From: Candidatus Saccharimonadales bacterium
GTDB lineage: Bacteria; Patescibacteriota; Saccharimonadia; Saccharimonadales; 2-12-FULL-41-12
Direction of reading: 5' to 3'
Assembly: GCA_041600715.1 (NCBI GenBank)
Contig: JBFIJM010000001.1
Coordinates: forward strand, 387 to 64,386
DNA: 64,000 nt
Below the pieces are notes generated by a model, which did no database searches, was not told the DNA's origin, and worked only from the letters and a program-made list of their open reading frames with translations. The position numbers and the translations under genes were made by a program. Shown piece after piece: positions 9,003 through 18,018 of the stretch (positions within the stretch are counted from its first letter, which is position 1; each line of letters starts with the position of its first letter).

Positions 9003-9052
9003 TTAAACATAACCATATAAAAACCGTACACTTTTAGCAAGGAACTAACATA

Positions 9053-10414
9053 ATGAATAACCAGCCTCGCACAAATTACCAGGAAATTGATGACTTAATA
9101 AAAATCGGGTCTAATCCTGATAGCGTGACTTATCATAGGCCAGATGGTAAGTTTGTCTCAAATTATGAGCGTGACTTAGTTTACGAACATCAAGACATGA
9201 TTAGAGGTAATACTACTAAAACATCTGTTGACGAGCTCGATTCCTCGGTCTTTTCTAATCCTAATATTGTCCCAGATCTTGCTATGAGCCGGTTAAATGC
9301 TCTTAAGGCGATAGACACACCTGATGATATCCTTGAGGCGTTACCTGCCAGCTACTTTTATAGCCCAGAAACCGAAGGTTCAACAAGCGAAGAAATTCCT
9401 TCAGAACTCGCAGTCTGGCTCACTCAAGACCCCTCAAGAATAGATCGACTCGACCAGATCCTAAATCCTGTAAACGAGCAGGCTCATGATCCAGAAAAAG
9501 CTAAAGAGCTAATCGAAGGACTTGGCTTCAACGTTGGTGGACCCATATTGGTTCGAGTAGAGGGTAAAACTGACAACTCGCTAACTATAAAAGATGCATA
9601 CGTATCTAACGGTACGCCAATTTTCGTGCTAGAGCGAAAAATGGTTGATGCAGATGGTAATGAAAGCTTAGCTATAATCGAAACTAACACCCCTAAGCTA
9701 CTTAAATTTACAGAGTCCACAGATAAGTACATGGTATCCTTGCGTAGAAAACGCGATAAATCCGAAGCAGGACACGCTGATTTTCTATATGAAGAAGGTG
9801 CCCGATTGAGAAATGAATTACGCCGAAATCAGAATTCAGATCAGAAACAACGTGTTCCAATATCTGCTCGATTTGGCGCTTGGGTAAGTACTAAATGGTT
9901 ATCTAGTAAAGAAAAGTGGGCTAATCAAGGCAGAGCAGGGAAAATAGCGACTGTCGGTAGCGCAGTTGTGGCCATGGTGGCTACTGCGTACACTGCTAAT
10001 AAGTATGGATTATCAATGGTCGATAATACTCCGAGCGCAGAAGCTAGTGGTGCAGGTAGTCCTAATAAAGGCGGAATTTTCGATCAACTAACCGACCAGA
10101 TATCAGAAGTAAGCGATAAGTTTTCCCATCAGTCGGGTCCAGAACCTACAACACCAATCATAGAAGGCCGTTCATTTAATGTAGCTAAAAACGAAGGTTT
10201 TACTCAGTTATTTGAAAGACTGGCTGTTAACAGGGGTTATCACCCGTCTCCTGATCAGCTATATGAAATTTACCAGCAACTTCCTAACTTAGATACGCTC
10301 GACGGCACATATGTTCTGCCTAACGGTGACCTCGGAATAGACAGCAAAACCATTCGGCTCAATAGGGAACAGATGGAAGTATTTGAAAAGTTGTTAAAAG
10401 AAACCCGACAATAG
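9053..10414 (+). CDS. Hypothetical protein with one central TM segment
   Basis: Long ORF with its own promoter. Central IATVGSAVVAMVATAYTA. No family recognised. Confidence 0.6.
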   Translation: MNNQPRTNYQEIDDLIKIGSNPDSVTYHRPDGKFVSNYERDLVYEHQDMIRGNTTKTSVDELDSSVFSNPNIVPDLAMSRLNALKAIDTPDDILEALPASYFYSPETEGSTSEEIPSELAVWLTQDPSRIDRLDQILNPVNEQAHDPEKAKELIEGLGFNVGGPILVRVEGKTDNSLTIKDAYVSNGTPIFVLERKMVDADGNESLAIIETNTPKLLKFTESTDKYMVSLRRKRDKSEAGHADFLYEEGARLRNELRRNQNSDQKQRVPISARFGAWVSTKWLSSKEKWANQGRAGKIATVGSAVVAMVATAYTANKYGLSMVDNTPSAEASGAGSPNKGGIFDQLTDQISEVSDKFSHQSGPEPTTPIIEGRSFNVAKNEGFTQLFERLAVNRGYHPSPDQLYEIYQQLPNLDTLDGTYVLPNGDLGIDSKTIRLNREQMEVFEKLLKETRQ

Positions 10415-10447
10415 TTTGCTACAATAACGGTATAAGAAGGATAAAAT

Positions 10448-10774
10448 ATGTTCCAAATAGACGACAAATTTTTAGAATCACTAGGCCTTAGTTCGCTACC
10501 TCAAGAAGATAAAGAAAAAATGAAAGCTCACATTTACGAGACGTTAGAGATGCGTGTTGGTATGCGACTTGCTAGCGGAATGAGTGATGAGCAGTTGAGC
10601 GAGTTCGAGGGCTTGATGAATAATAACGATGAAGCTGGAGCGCTCAAGTGGCTTGAGACTAACTTTCCTGACTATAAAAAAGTCGTTGCAGATGAGCTCG
10701 AAAAACTTAAAAACGAGATTAAGGTAGCGGCACCACATATTATTGCCGAGGCAACAGGTCAACCTAACTCCTAA
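10448..10774 (+). CDS. Hypothetical small acidic protein
   Basis: 108-aa ORF with AAGAAGGA upstream of the ATG. No motif recognised. Confidence 0.5.
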   Translation: MFQIDDKFLESLGLSSLPQEDKEKMKAHIYETLEMRVGMRLASGMSDEQLSEFEGLMNNNDEAGALKWLETNFPDYKKVVADELEKLKNEIKVAAPHIIAEATGQPNS

Positions 10775-10778
10775 CTAC

Positions 10779-11681
10779 TTACAATTTGTAACCTAAAAGA
10801 AATGCCTGAATGGGCATTTCTTTTTTCCCTGCTGGTTTTAGTGAATCGATACTTAGTGATCCTGACCCACACTTTATTGAAAGAGTGTTGACATTCACCT
10901 GCACATCGCCAGGTTTTAAGCTGTTGTTGCCAGCCTGAATAACGTGAGCTTTGGTGATAATAACATCTTTCCCAGCCAGCTGAGTTCGGCTTTTTGGCCA
11001 CTCTATAAAAGCTCTGATTTCTCGTTCGATTTGATCAGCTGGTTTAATCCAGTCAATCACCCCGTCATCTTTACTGAGCTTGCGCGAATAAGTAGGGACG
11101 GGATCGATATTATGTAGTCCAGCATTAGCTTCCTGTGAAATTGGTATGATTTGATCAGCTGAGTAAAGGGGGATAGATTCCCTCAACAAACCATCACTGA
11201 GGTCTATTAGTTGAGACGTGAGTTCAGGTCCTGTTTGTGAGCTGATATCTATGGATCCAGAACTGAGGATCATACCTTCGTCCATTCCTGCAGAAAGTAA
11301 CATGAGACTTACGCCAGTTTCTTTCTGTCCACTTAATAGCGAAAAACTTATAGGGTCAGCTCCTCGCCACTGCGGTAAAAGACTAAAGTGGCTATTAATA
11401 ATCCCCTTAGGAAAGTAATCTATAGTTTTTTGGCTGACGATGATTCCAAAGTCTATCAATACGCCTAAGCGACTCGTAAATTTTTTTTCTTCGATTAGGT
11501 TTTCAAGCTCTTGCTTGGTTGCAACCGTATAGGTTGTGGCTCCAGGACAGGCTGTTTCCATCATTGATTTGGTGGTAGATTTTGTGATGATAGCTTCGAT
11601 ATCGCAGTGCTCTCTCAAAAGCTTGAGAGAAGCTGAGGCGACTGGTCCGCTACCAAAAAATATTACTCGTTCTCTGGCCAT
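10779..11681 (-). CDS. fmt: Methionyl-tRNA formyltransferase
   Basis: N-terminal RVIFFGSG, plus HFSLLPQWRGADPI (the HxSLLPxxRG motif). Lies downstream of def. Confidence 0.9.
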   Translation of the reverse strand: MARERVIFFGSGPVASASLKLLREHCDIEAIITKSTTKSMMETACPGATTYTVATKQELENLIEEKKFTSRLGVLIDFGIIVSQKTIDYFPKGIINSHFSLLPQWRGADPISFSLLSGQKETGVSLMLLSAGMDEGMILSSGSIDISSQTGPELTSQLIDLSDGLLRESIPLYSADQIIPISQEANAGLHNIDPVPTYSRKLSKDDGVIDWIKPADQIEREIRAFIEWPKSRTQLAGKDVIITKAHVIQAGNNSLKPGDVQVNVNTLSIKCGSGSLSIDSLKPAGKKEMPIQAFLLGYKL

Positions 11682-12241
11682 AATGTAGTACTATTTTCGA
11701 TATCTTTTTTATAGTCTAGGGGCTCTAGCTTACCTGATTCTGTTAGGGTAAAGAAAGCATCTTTCTCGGATTTAATGTGGTCGATGAACATTATGCCGTT
11801 GGTGTGATCTATCTCGTGTTGGAATACACGTGCCAAAAAACCTTCGGCTTTAATTCGTACTTCTTGCCCATGAATATTTAGGGCTTTTACACGCACTTTG
11901 GTATGACGAGGCACTAACCCATATACGTCCTTAATACTTAGGCACCCTTCATAGTCCTCTTCGATCACTCCTTCTAGCTTTGTAATCTCGGGGTTAATAA
12001 ATACCTGAAAACTACGGTCTGACTTGTTATCGAAGTTATTTCGAACTACGACCGCCCGCTGAAGGGAGTCAATCTGCACCGCAGCCAATGCTACTCCAAC
12101 CTCGTGCTCTCGGCCATCTTCCCATTCGAGGGTTGCTTTTTCCATGTCAGCGATGAGGGACCTGACAGCATCGGTCACGGTATTAATACGTTTTGATCGT
12201 TGTCTTAAGTGAGGGTTAGGTAGGGTTATTAATTTAGGCAT
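11663..12241 (-). CDS. def: Peptide deformylase
   Basis: GVALAAVQI, EGCLS and QHEIDHTNG motifs. Confidence 0.95.
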   Translation of the reverse strand: MPKLITLPNPHLRQRSKRINTVTDAVRSLIADMEKATLEWEDGREHEVGVALAAVQIDSLQRAVVVRNNFDNKSDRSFQVFINPEITKLEGVIEEDYEGCLSIKDVYGLVPRHTKVRVKALNIHGQEVRIKAEGFLARVFQHEIDHTNGIMFIDHIKSEKDAFFTLTESGKLEPLDYKKDIENSTTLWPENE

Positions 12242-12261
12242 GATAACAGTATAGCGTATCT

Positions 12262-14196
12262 CTATAGGAGGGTAGAAGGATCTAGGTCAGTCGTAGCTGT
12301 TTTTGGAACATGCTCGAGTAGAGCTATTAGGCTGGCGCGTTTTTTACTCTTGGCTACAACCTGCCAATGCCATTTGCCGGCTCTCTTCGAAAAGAATGAT
12401 GGTGAAGGGTCTAGAATCTCAACATCATCAGAACATTGACCAAGGAGTTGCTTGTGGAGCTGACGAGACGCTTTTTCTGCAGATGCTTCAGAAGCACGCG
12501 ATAGTTCTATCTTCATAAGATACCTGAAAGGTGGAAAACCGTACTTCTGCCGTGCGATAAGCTCTCTCTTGTAAAATGTTTCCCAACTATTTTTTTGTTC
12601 GCTTAATAAGGACAGTTCTTTAGCATTTCCATAGGACTGTAAAATTATTGTTCCAGAGCCGTGGCCTCGACCTACTCGACCCGACACTTGATGAAGTAAT
12701 TGGAATGATTTCTCCTCAGAGCTAAAATCTGGAAACTTTAAGGCATCCTCTGCAAGCAGTATGCTGACCAAACTGAGCTTGGGTAGATCATGGCCCTTAA
12801 CTACAAGTTGAGTGCCTATTAAAATATCGACTTTACCACTATGTATTTGCTCGTAGTTTTCCTGAAAAGTATCGCCCGTCTTGTTGTCTTTATCATAACG
12901 TCCGATTCTAGCAGTTGGAAAAAGCTTTCTTAAAGACGACTCAATCTGCTTTGTTCCGGGACTTTTAAAGATGATGTCAGAAGACTTACATTCGGCGCAG
13001 TTATTTGGCGCTCCTGTACTTTCCCCGCACGTATGGCAAACTAAAGAATGAGAATCTTCATGATATGTGTAGTTAATGTTACATCTGTCGCATATTGCCG
13101 ACCATCCACATTTTTGGCATAAGAGCTTGCGGGAGGTCCCTCGTTTGTTAAGAAAGAGAAGGCATTGTTTATTATCATCTAAGGTGTTTCGGACGGACTG
13201 AATAAGTGTTTTGGACAGTAAAGGATGGCTACTTTTTTCACTGGCATCACTTAGATCTACAACAACCGTTGTAGTAGTAAAAGTACTTGTTACTGCTTTT
13301 TCAGTTAATCGATGCACCTTTGCACCCTTTGAAACTGCATAAAAAAAGTCTTCAACGGGGGGTGTAGCAGAGCCAAGAATTAACCGTGCTCCATGTGAAC
13401 GAGATAAAGACGCAGAAACTCGCACTGCATTGTACCTTGGCGCCTGCTGTTGCTTATATGAACTATCATGAAACTCATCAACTACTATTAAGCCTATGTT
13501 TGGTATCGGATAGAAAAGTGCAGAGCGGGGACCAATAAGTACATGGGGCTGGTTGCTTCGAACAGAATTCCAAATTTTAGTGCGCTGTGCTGGTGTAATT
13601 TTGGAGTGCACTACGTGAACCATCGAGAAGCTCTTTTGGAGCGTGGCTAAAAGTTGAGGCGTTAAGTTAATCTCTGGGGTTAGAATAATGGCCGATTTGC
13701 CATCTGTTATACATTGCTTCATCAACTCTATGTATAGGCGTGTCTTACCCGTGCCTGTATCACCATGTACTATGTGTGTTCGCGTGTTACTGGATTGTAT
13801 ATCGGCTAATACTTTAGCTTGTTCCATTGTTAATGTCGGCAAGTTGGCATCGAGATATTCTGCAGGACTAGCAGATACTTTCTCTTCAGAGATTGTAGTA
13901 GTTGGAGGAAGCATTAAGCTCGCCACCGAAGATACTGGTACAGCGTAATATTGACTGATCCAATCGATGAACTTAAGGGACTCTTTAGAGAGCTGACTAT
14001 TTGTAACTACTTTATAGACTGGTTTAACATTAAATGTCGGCATATTAACCTTTTTAGTAACTACGGCTTTAATCTTTTTTGTACGAAGCATTACAACAAT
14101 TATCTGGCCTGACTTAAGCTGAAGGTCAGATGAATAGGTCAGACTACCAGAGCCTTTATAAGATCTGTCTGCAGGTATCACCTCATAGTAGTACAT
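12262..14196 (-). CDS. priA: Primosomal protein N' (replication restart helicase)
   Basis: GDTGTGKT Walker A, VVDEFH, Cys-rich zinc module CQKCGW..CDRC..CHTCG..CAEC, and the C-terminal helicase lobe. Confidence 0.9.
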   Translation of the reverse strand: MYYYEVIPADRSYKGSGSLTYSSDLQLKSGQIIVVMLRTKKIKAVVTKKVNMPTFNVKPVYKVVTNSQLSKESLKFIDWISQYYAVPVSSVASLMLPPTTTISEEKVSASPAEYLDANLPTLTMEQAKVLADIQSSNTRTHIVHGDTGTGKTRLYIELMKQCITDGKSAIILTPEINLTPQLLATLQKSFSMVHVVHSKITPAQRTKIWNSVRSNQPHVLIGPRSALFYPIPNIGLIVVDEFHDSSYKQQQAPRYNAVRVSASLSRSHGARLILGSATPPVEDFFYAVSKGAKVHRLTEKAVTSTFTTTTVVVDLSDASEKSSHPLLSKTLIQSVRNTLDDNKQCLLFLNKRGTSRKLLCQKCGWSAICDRCNINYTYHEDSHSLVCHTCGESTGAPNNCAECKSSDIIFKSPGTKQIESSLRKLFPTARIGRYDKDNKTGDTFQENYEQIHSGKVDILIGTQLVVKGHDLPKLSLVSILLAEDALKFPDFSSEEKSFQLLHQVSGRVGRGHGSGTIILQSYGNAKELSLLSEQKNSWETFYKRELIARQKYGFPPFRYLMKIELSRASEASAEKASRQLHKQLLGQCSDDVEILDPSPSFFSKRAGKWHWQVVAKSKKRASLIALLEHVPKTATTDLDPSTLL

Positions 14197-14250
14197 AGTA
14201 GTTAACAGTATACAACGCTAAGCCATAATAAGGTTTTTTATGAAAAAATG

Positions 14251-14279
14251 TTGAAATGATAGCGAGGACGGTCTATACT
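14251..14279 (+). promoter_or_regulatory. Promoter for the wHTH gene
   Basis: TTGAAA (14251-14256), 17-nt spacer, TATACT (14274-14279). Confidence 0.55.
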
Positions 14280-14311
14280 ACCCGTTGTTACAACAACATC
14301 GGAAAGAGCTT

Positions 14312-14596
14312 ATGTTAGACGTATTTATTACATCAAGGGTGAGACGCAAAATTATTGTGGTCTATGCTAAGTACCCAGACTTTAAAACACACGTTCGCGG
14401 TCTTGCTAAACTAATAAAAGAAGATGCAGGTAATATTCAGCGTGAACTCAAGCGTTTAGAGAAGATTGGCTTCTTGATGAGTGAGAAACAAGCGAATACC
14501 AAGATCTACTACACTAACAAGCAGTTTCCTATTTTTAAAGAGCTACAAAGCATTGTTCTGAAGTCGCAACGTGCTACTCAGAAAAAGCAACAGTAA
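14312..14596 (+). CDS. Small winged-helix (ArsR/MarR-like) DNA-binding protein, putative
   Basis: GLAKLIKEDAGNIQRELKRLEKIGFL resembles a wHTH recognition helix plus wing. The ATG at 14312 follows GGAAAGAG. The track start (TTG 14285) lies only 5 nt after the -10 box. Confidence 0.45.
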   Translation: MLDVFITSRVRRKIIVVYAKYPDFKTHVRGLAKLIKEDAGNIQRELKRLEKIGFLMSEKQANTKIYYTNKQFPIFKELQSIVLKSQRATQKKQQ

Positions 14597-14599
14597 CTC

Positions 14600-14628
14600 T
14601 TGTAATATATAAGTTTATCAGATACAAT
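14600..14628 (+). promoter_or_regulatory. Promoter of rpsU (near-leaderless)
   Basis: TTGTAA (14600-14605), 17-nt spacer, TACAAT (14623-14628). The ATG follows 8 nt later with no SD. Confidence 0.55.
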
Positions 14629-14636
14629 AATTCGCG

Positions 14637-14846
14637 ATGATACAAGTTACAAGAAAAGACTCTAAGGAGTCGACAGAAAATTTATTACGACGTTTTACTC
14701 GTAAGGTTCAGCAATCTGGAGTGATTGCCGAAGCAAAGTCTATTCAAAGATTTGAAAAGCCAATGAGCAAGCGAGACCGACGCCAAAAGGCGATTGTTCG
14801 TCGTGAGCGTAAAGCACTGAAGGTCAAAAAACTTAAGCTATCTTAA
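14637..14846 (+). CDS. rpsU: 30S ribosomal protein S21
   Basis: ESTENLLRRFTRKVQQSGVIAEAK..FEKPS-like..KRDRRQKA pattern typical of S21. Confidence 0.85.
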   Translation: MIQVTRKDSKESTENLLRRFTRKVQQSGVIAEAKSIQRFEKPMSKRDRRQKAIVRRERKALKVKKLKLS

Positions 14847-14855
14847 GTATCCTTC

Positions 14856-15308
14856 ATGATAAAGCAGACAATAGAATCTGACATAAAAAATGCAATGCTT
14901 GCTGGCGACAAGCAACTAGTATCTACGCTCCGAACAATTAAGAGCGTTATTCTTGATGCCGAAATAAGAGAAGGCGCAAGGGATAAAGGCTTGCCAGAAG
15001 AAGTAGTAGTGGCTTTGCTTCAAAAAGAAGCAAAGAAACGGTCAGAAGCTTCAGAACTTTATGCTAATGCAAACGACCAAGAGAGAGCCGACAAGGAACT
15101 TTACGAAAAAGACGTACTTCAAAAGTACTTGCCAGAGCAACTAGACGAAACTGCGATTACTGGTGTAGTTAATGAAGTGTTAGCCTCTATGGACAATCCA
15201 AATATTCAGATGATGGGGCAGGTCATAGGTGCTGTTAAGGCACGAACAGGTGCCTCTGCTGATGGAGCGGTAATAGCCAGAATTGTAAAAGAACGACTAG
15301 CAAAGTAA
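14856..15308 (+). CDS. yqeY: GatB/YqeY domain protein
   Basis: IKNAMLAGDK..V.TLR.IKS....EI and a C-terminal MGQVIGAVKARTGASADGAVIARIVKE pattern. Confidence 0.8.
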   Translation: MIKQTIESDIKNAMLAGDKQLVSTLRTIKSVILDAEIREGARDKGLPEEVVVALLQKEAKKRSEASELYANANDQERADKELYEKDVLQKYLPEQLDETAITGVVNEVLASMDNPNIQMMGQVIGAVKARTGASADGAVIARIVKERLAK

Positions 15309-15319
15309 GGGAAGAGTAA

Positions 15320-15853
15320 ATGATTGTTTTTATGGGTGTTGCAGGGGCTGGGAAGAGTGTGCAAGGTACATTGCTTGCTAAGGATATTGGGTATAAGTGG
15401 CTGTCGACTGGCGAGCATTTACGTGCAAGTATAAGTGGTGAGCGAAAAGCAGAAATGTTAAAGGGCAAGCTCCTTGATGACCAGGAAATAATCGATATAC
15501 TGATAGATTTTTTTAACAGTATTGAAGATACTGATCACTGCATTTTAGATGGATTCCCCAGGACGTTGCGTCAAGCAGAGTGGCTTTACGAGCAACATGA
15601 AAAAGGCGCTATAAAAGTGTCTGATGTTATATATCTTGATGCCTCACTAGAGGTTGTCGAGAAACGATTGTTAGCCCGAGGGCGACCTGATGATACAGAA
15701 GAAGTTATACACCGTCGTTTTGATGAGTATGAGAAGGCTACTTTGCCTATTATCGATTGGTTTAAGCAGAAGGGCATGCGTGTTCACGAAGTAAATGCAG
15801 AGAGAACTGTCGAAGAAATACATGCAGACATAATGGAACGGCTTCAGAGGTAG
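15320..15853 (+). CDS. adk: Adenylate kinase (short-lid type)
   Basis: P-loop GVAGAGKS, LDGFPRT, and RGRPDD as a short LID. Followed by map, as in spc-operon ends. Confidence 0.75.
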   Translation: MIVFMGVAGAGKSVQGTLLAKDIGYKWLSTGEHLRASISGERKAEMLKGKLLDDQEIIDILIDFFNSIEDTDHCILDGFPRTLRQAEWLYEQHEKGAIKVSDVIYLDASLEVVEKRLLARGRPDDTEEVIHRRFDEYEKATLPIIDWFKQKGMRVHEVNAERTVEEIHADIMERLQR

Positions 15854-15857
15854 AGAA

Positions 15858-16619
15858 GTGTTTACACGCATAAAGACAGAAGAAGAGCTGGATAACATGC
15901 GTCGTGCTGGAGGGATACTGGCATCTATTCACAGAACTCTAAAGAGCAATTTAGAGCCGGGTATTAGTACTAAAGAACTAGCAGACATAGCGCGAAAAGA
16001 ACTAAAGTCGCTGGGAGGTGTGCCGGCATTTTTAAACTATGGTCCAGCCAGCAATCCGTTTCCTGATGTTGTGTGTATATCGGTGAACGATGAAGTAGTA
16101 CATGGTGTTCCAAAGAAGAGTAAGATCGTACAGGAAGGCGATCTCGTTAGCTTCGACCTAGGTGTTAGTGTTAATGGCATGATTACTGACGCAGCAATCA
16201 CAGTTCCTTGTGGCACTGCCACACCCGAGCATTTAGAGTTTTTGGCTCATACTAAAAAATCATTAGATGCTGGGCTTAAAGTGCTCAAACACGGTTGTAA
16301 GGTAGGCGATATCGCTTTTGCTGTGCAGAAGTCCCTCGAAAAACATAACTACGGAATTGTGCGAGATCTTGTTGGGCATGGAGTAGGGCACTATGTACAT
16401 GAAGATCCGAATATTCCTAACTACGGTAGAAAAGGTACCGGACAACAGCTTGTAGCTGGTATGACCGTAGCAATCGAACCTATGGCAACGCTCGGTAATT
16501 ATGCAATTCACACAGACGATGACGGCTGGACAATAAAAACAAATGACGGGTCTTGGTCGGCTCACTTTGAACATACTGTTTTGATCACTGATAAGGGTTG
16601 TGAAATATTAACTGTGTGA
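15858..16619 (+). CDS. map: Methionine aminopeptidase, type I
   Basis: GTG start. The N-terminus IKTEEELDNMRRAGG, plus VVHG.P, D..V..NG...D, GHGVG...HE.P, and EHT at the C-terminus. TGA stop. Confidence 0.95.
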   Translation: MFTRIKTEEELDNMRRAGGILASIHRTLKSNLEPGISTKELADIARKELKSLGGVPAFLNYGPASNPFPDVVCISVNDEVVHGVPKKSKIVQEGDLVSFDLGVSVNGMITDAAITVPCGTATPEHLEFLAHTKKSLDAGLKVLKHGCKVGDIAFAVQKSLEKHNYGIVRDLVGHGVGHYVHEDPNIPNYGRKGTGQQLVAGMTVAIEPMATLGNYAIHTDDDGWTIKTNDGSWSAHFEHTVLITDKGCEILTV

Positions 16620-16673
16620 TCAGATAGTCTCACAGGCTTTTATCTTTTACGTTTACGCTTTATACTGATGATT

Positions 16674-17912
16674 ATGAGCGAACAACAGCCCACCTATTTC
16701 TTTGGGCTAGATATCGGTACAAGCGCAGTCCGTTGCGTAGTAGGCAGTCTCCATCTTACGAGCGAGGAGCCTCGTGTTTCTGTATTGGGCCACGGCGAAG
16801 CGCCAAACATGGGAATGAGAAAAGGACTCATCGTACACATCGATGAAGTAACTAGTGCTGTTAACCAAGCAGTGAGTGAGGCAGAACGTATTGCTGGAGT
16901 TCCAATCAGGAATGCCACAGTTAATATTAACGGTGCGCATATTGCGGGCGTAGACTCTCGGGGTGTAATTGCAATTAGTACCGCCAACAAAGAGATATCC
17001 TTGGAAGATAAGATTCGTGCCGAAGACGCAGCCACAATCATGCAAATACCGGCAAACCGCGAAATCATACAAGTATTCCCTAAGAATTACAGAGTAGACG
17101 GCCATGACAGTATTAAAGACCCTGTTGGGATGAGCGGAGTTCGCTTGGAGGTTGATACTCATATCGTCACCGTAGCCACTCCGAATATTCGCAGTCTAGA
17201 CGCAGTACTCGAAAAAGCCCACATCGAGGCTTCTCACCATACTGTTTCTGGGCTCGCTTCAGCCGAAGCTGTACTTAGCAGACAGCAAAAAGAGGCTGGA
17301 ACATTGGTCCTTGATATTGGTGCGGGAACAACCAATATGGCAATTATTGAAGACGGAGAAGTTCAGCATGTCGCTGTAATCCCGTTAGGTGGAATTAGCA
17401 TAACAAACGATTTAGCAATTGGTCTTAAGACAGAACTAGAAGTAGCCGAAGGAGTTAAGGTAAAACATTCGGCACTTGCTGACGCGGTCAAGGATGGTAA
17501 GGTGAGTTTTGAGTATGAACGACGGAATCATGTGTTTAATGCCAGTGAAGTTAACATGATAATTGAAGCGCGAGTTGAAGAGATATTTGAGTTTGTAGAC
17601 AAGGAACTTCGTAAGATTCACAAATCCCGAAAGCTCCCAGGAGGAGTTGTTTTGGTAGGCGGAACTTCAAATATACCAGGAATCGCTGAGTTCGCTCGTG
17701 AAAAACTTCAACTACCTGCTCGGCTTGGAAAACTAATTAATGTAGCTGGTATCACTGATAACGTGGAGAAGCCCGAATATGTGACTTCTGTGGGTCTTAT
17801 GCAACTGGATATGCTATTTGCTGAGCAAATGCTAGACAGCAAGCCTGCCAGAGCTGCTGTTAGAGGTTCTATAGTGGAAAACATCGGTAATTTACTCAGC
17901 AAATTTAAATAA
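16674..17912 (+). CDS. ftsA: Cell division protein FtsA
   Basis: Actin-fold motifs GLDIGTS, DIGAGTT and LVGGTSNIPG. The ATG at 16674 lies 7 nt after TATACT (16661-16666), whereas the track ATG at 16668 is only 1 nt after the box. Confidence 0.9.
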   Translation: MSEQQPTYFFGLDIGTSAVRCVVGSLHLTSEEPRVSVLGHGEAPNMGMRKGLIVHIDEVTSAVNQAVSEAERIAGVPIRNATVNINGAHIAGVDSRGVIAISTANKEISLEDKIRAEDAATIMQIPANREIIQVFPKNYRVDGHDSIKDPVGMSGVRLEVDTHIVTVATPNIRSLDAVLEKAHIEASHHTVSGLASAEAVLSRQQKEAGTLVLDIGAGTTNMAIIEDGEVQHVAVIPLGGISITNDLAIGLKTELEVAEGVKVKHSALADAVKDGKVSFEYERRNHVFNASEVNMIIEARVEEIFEFVDKELRKIHKSRKLPGGVVLVGGTSNIPGIAEFAREKLQLPARLGKLINVAGITDNVEKPEYVTSVGLMQLDMLFAEQMLDSKPARAAVRGSIVENIGNLLSKFK

Positions 17913-18018
17913 GTATGCAGATAATGTTGTTAATAGAAGATATACGTTTGAACCATAACTGTAGCTGCGCTATACTGCCAGGTACAGTTATAGACGAGCG
18001 AGAAGGAGATTCGTTGTT

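Noticed and set aside
16617-16619. Recoded UGA (genetic code 4 or 25, as in some CPR lineages)
   Set aside because: TGA terminates conserved genes at their expected lengths (map at 16617-16619, and the rlmD-like gene at 62874-62876 overlapping the rsmE ATG). The long conserved ORFs contain no in-frame TGA, so standard code 11 fits.
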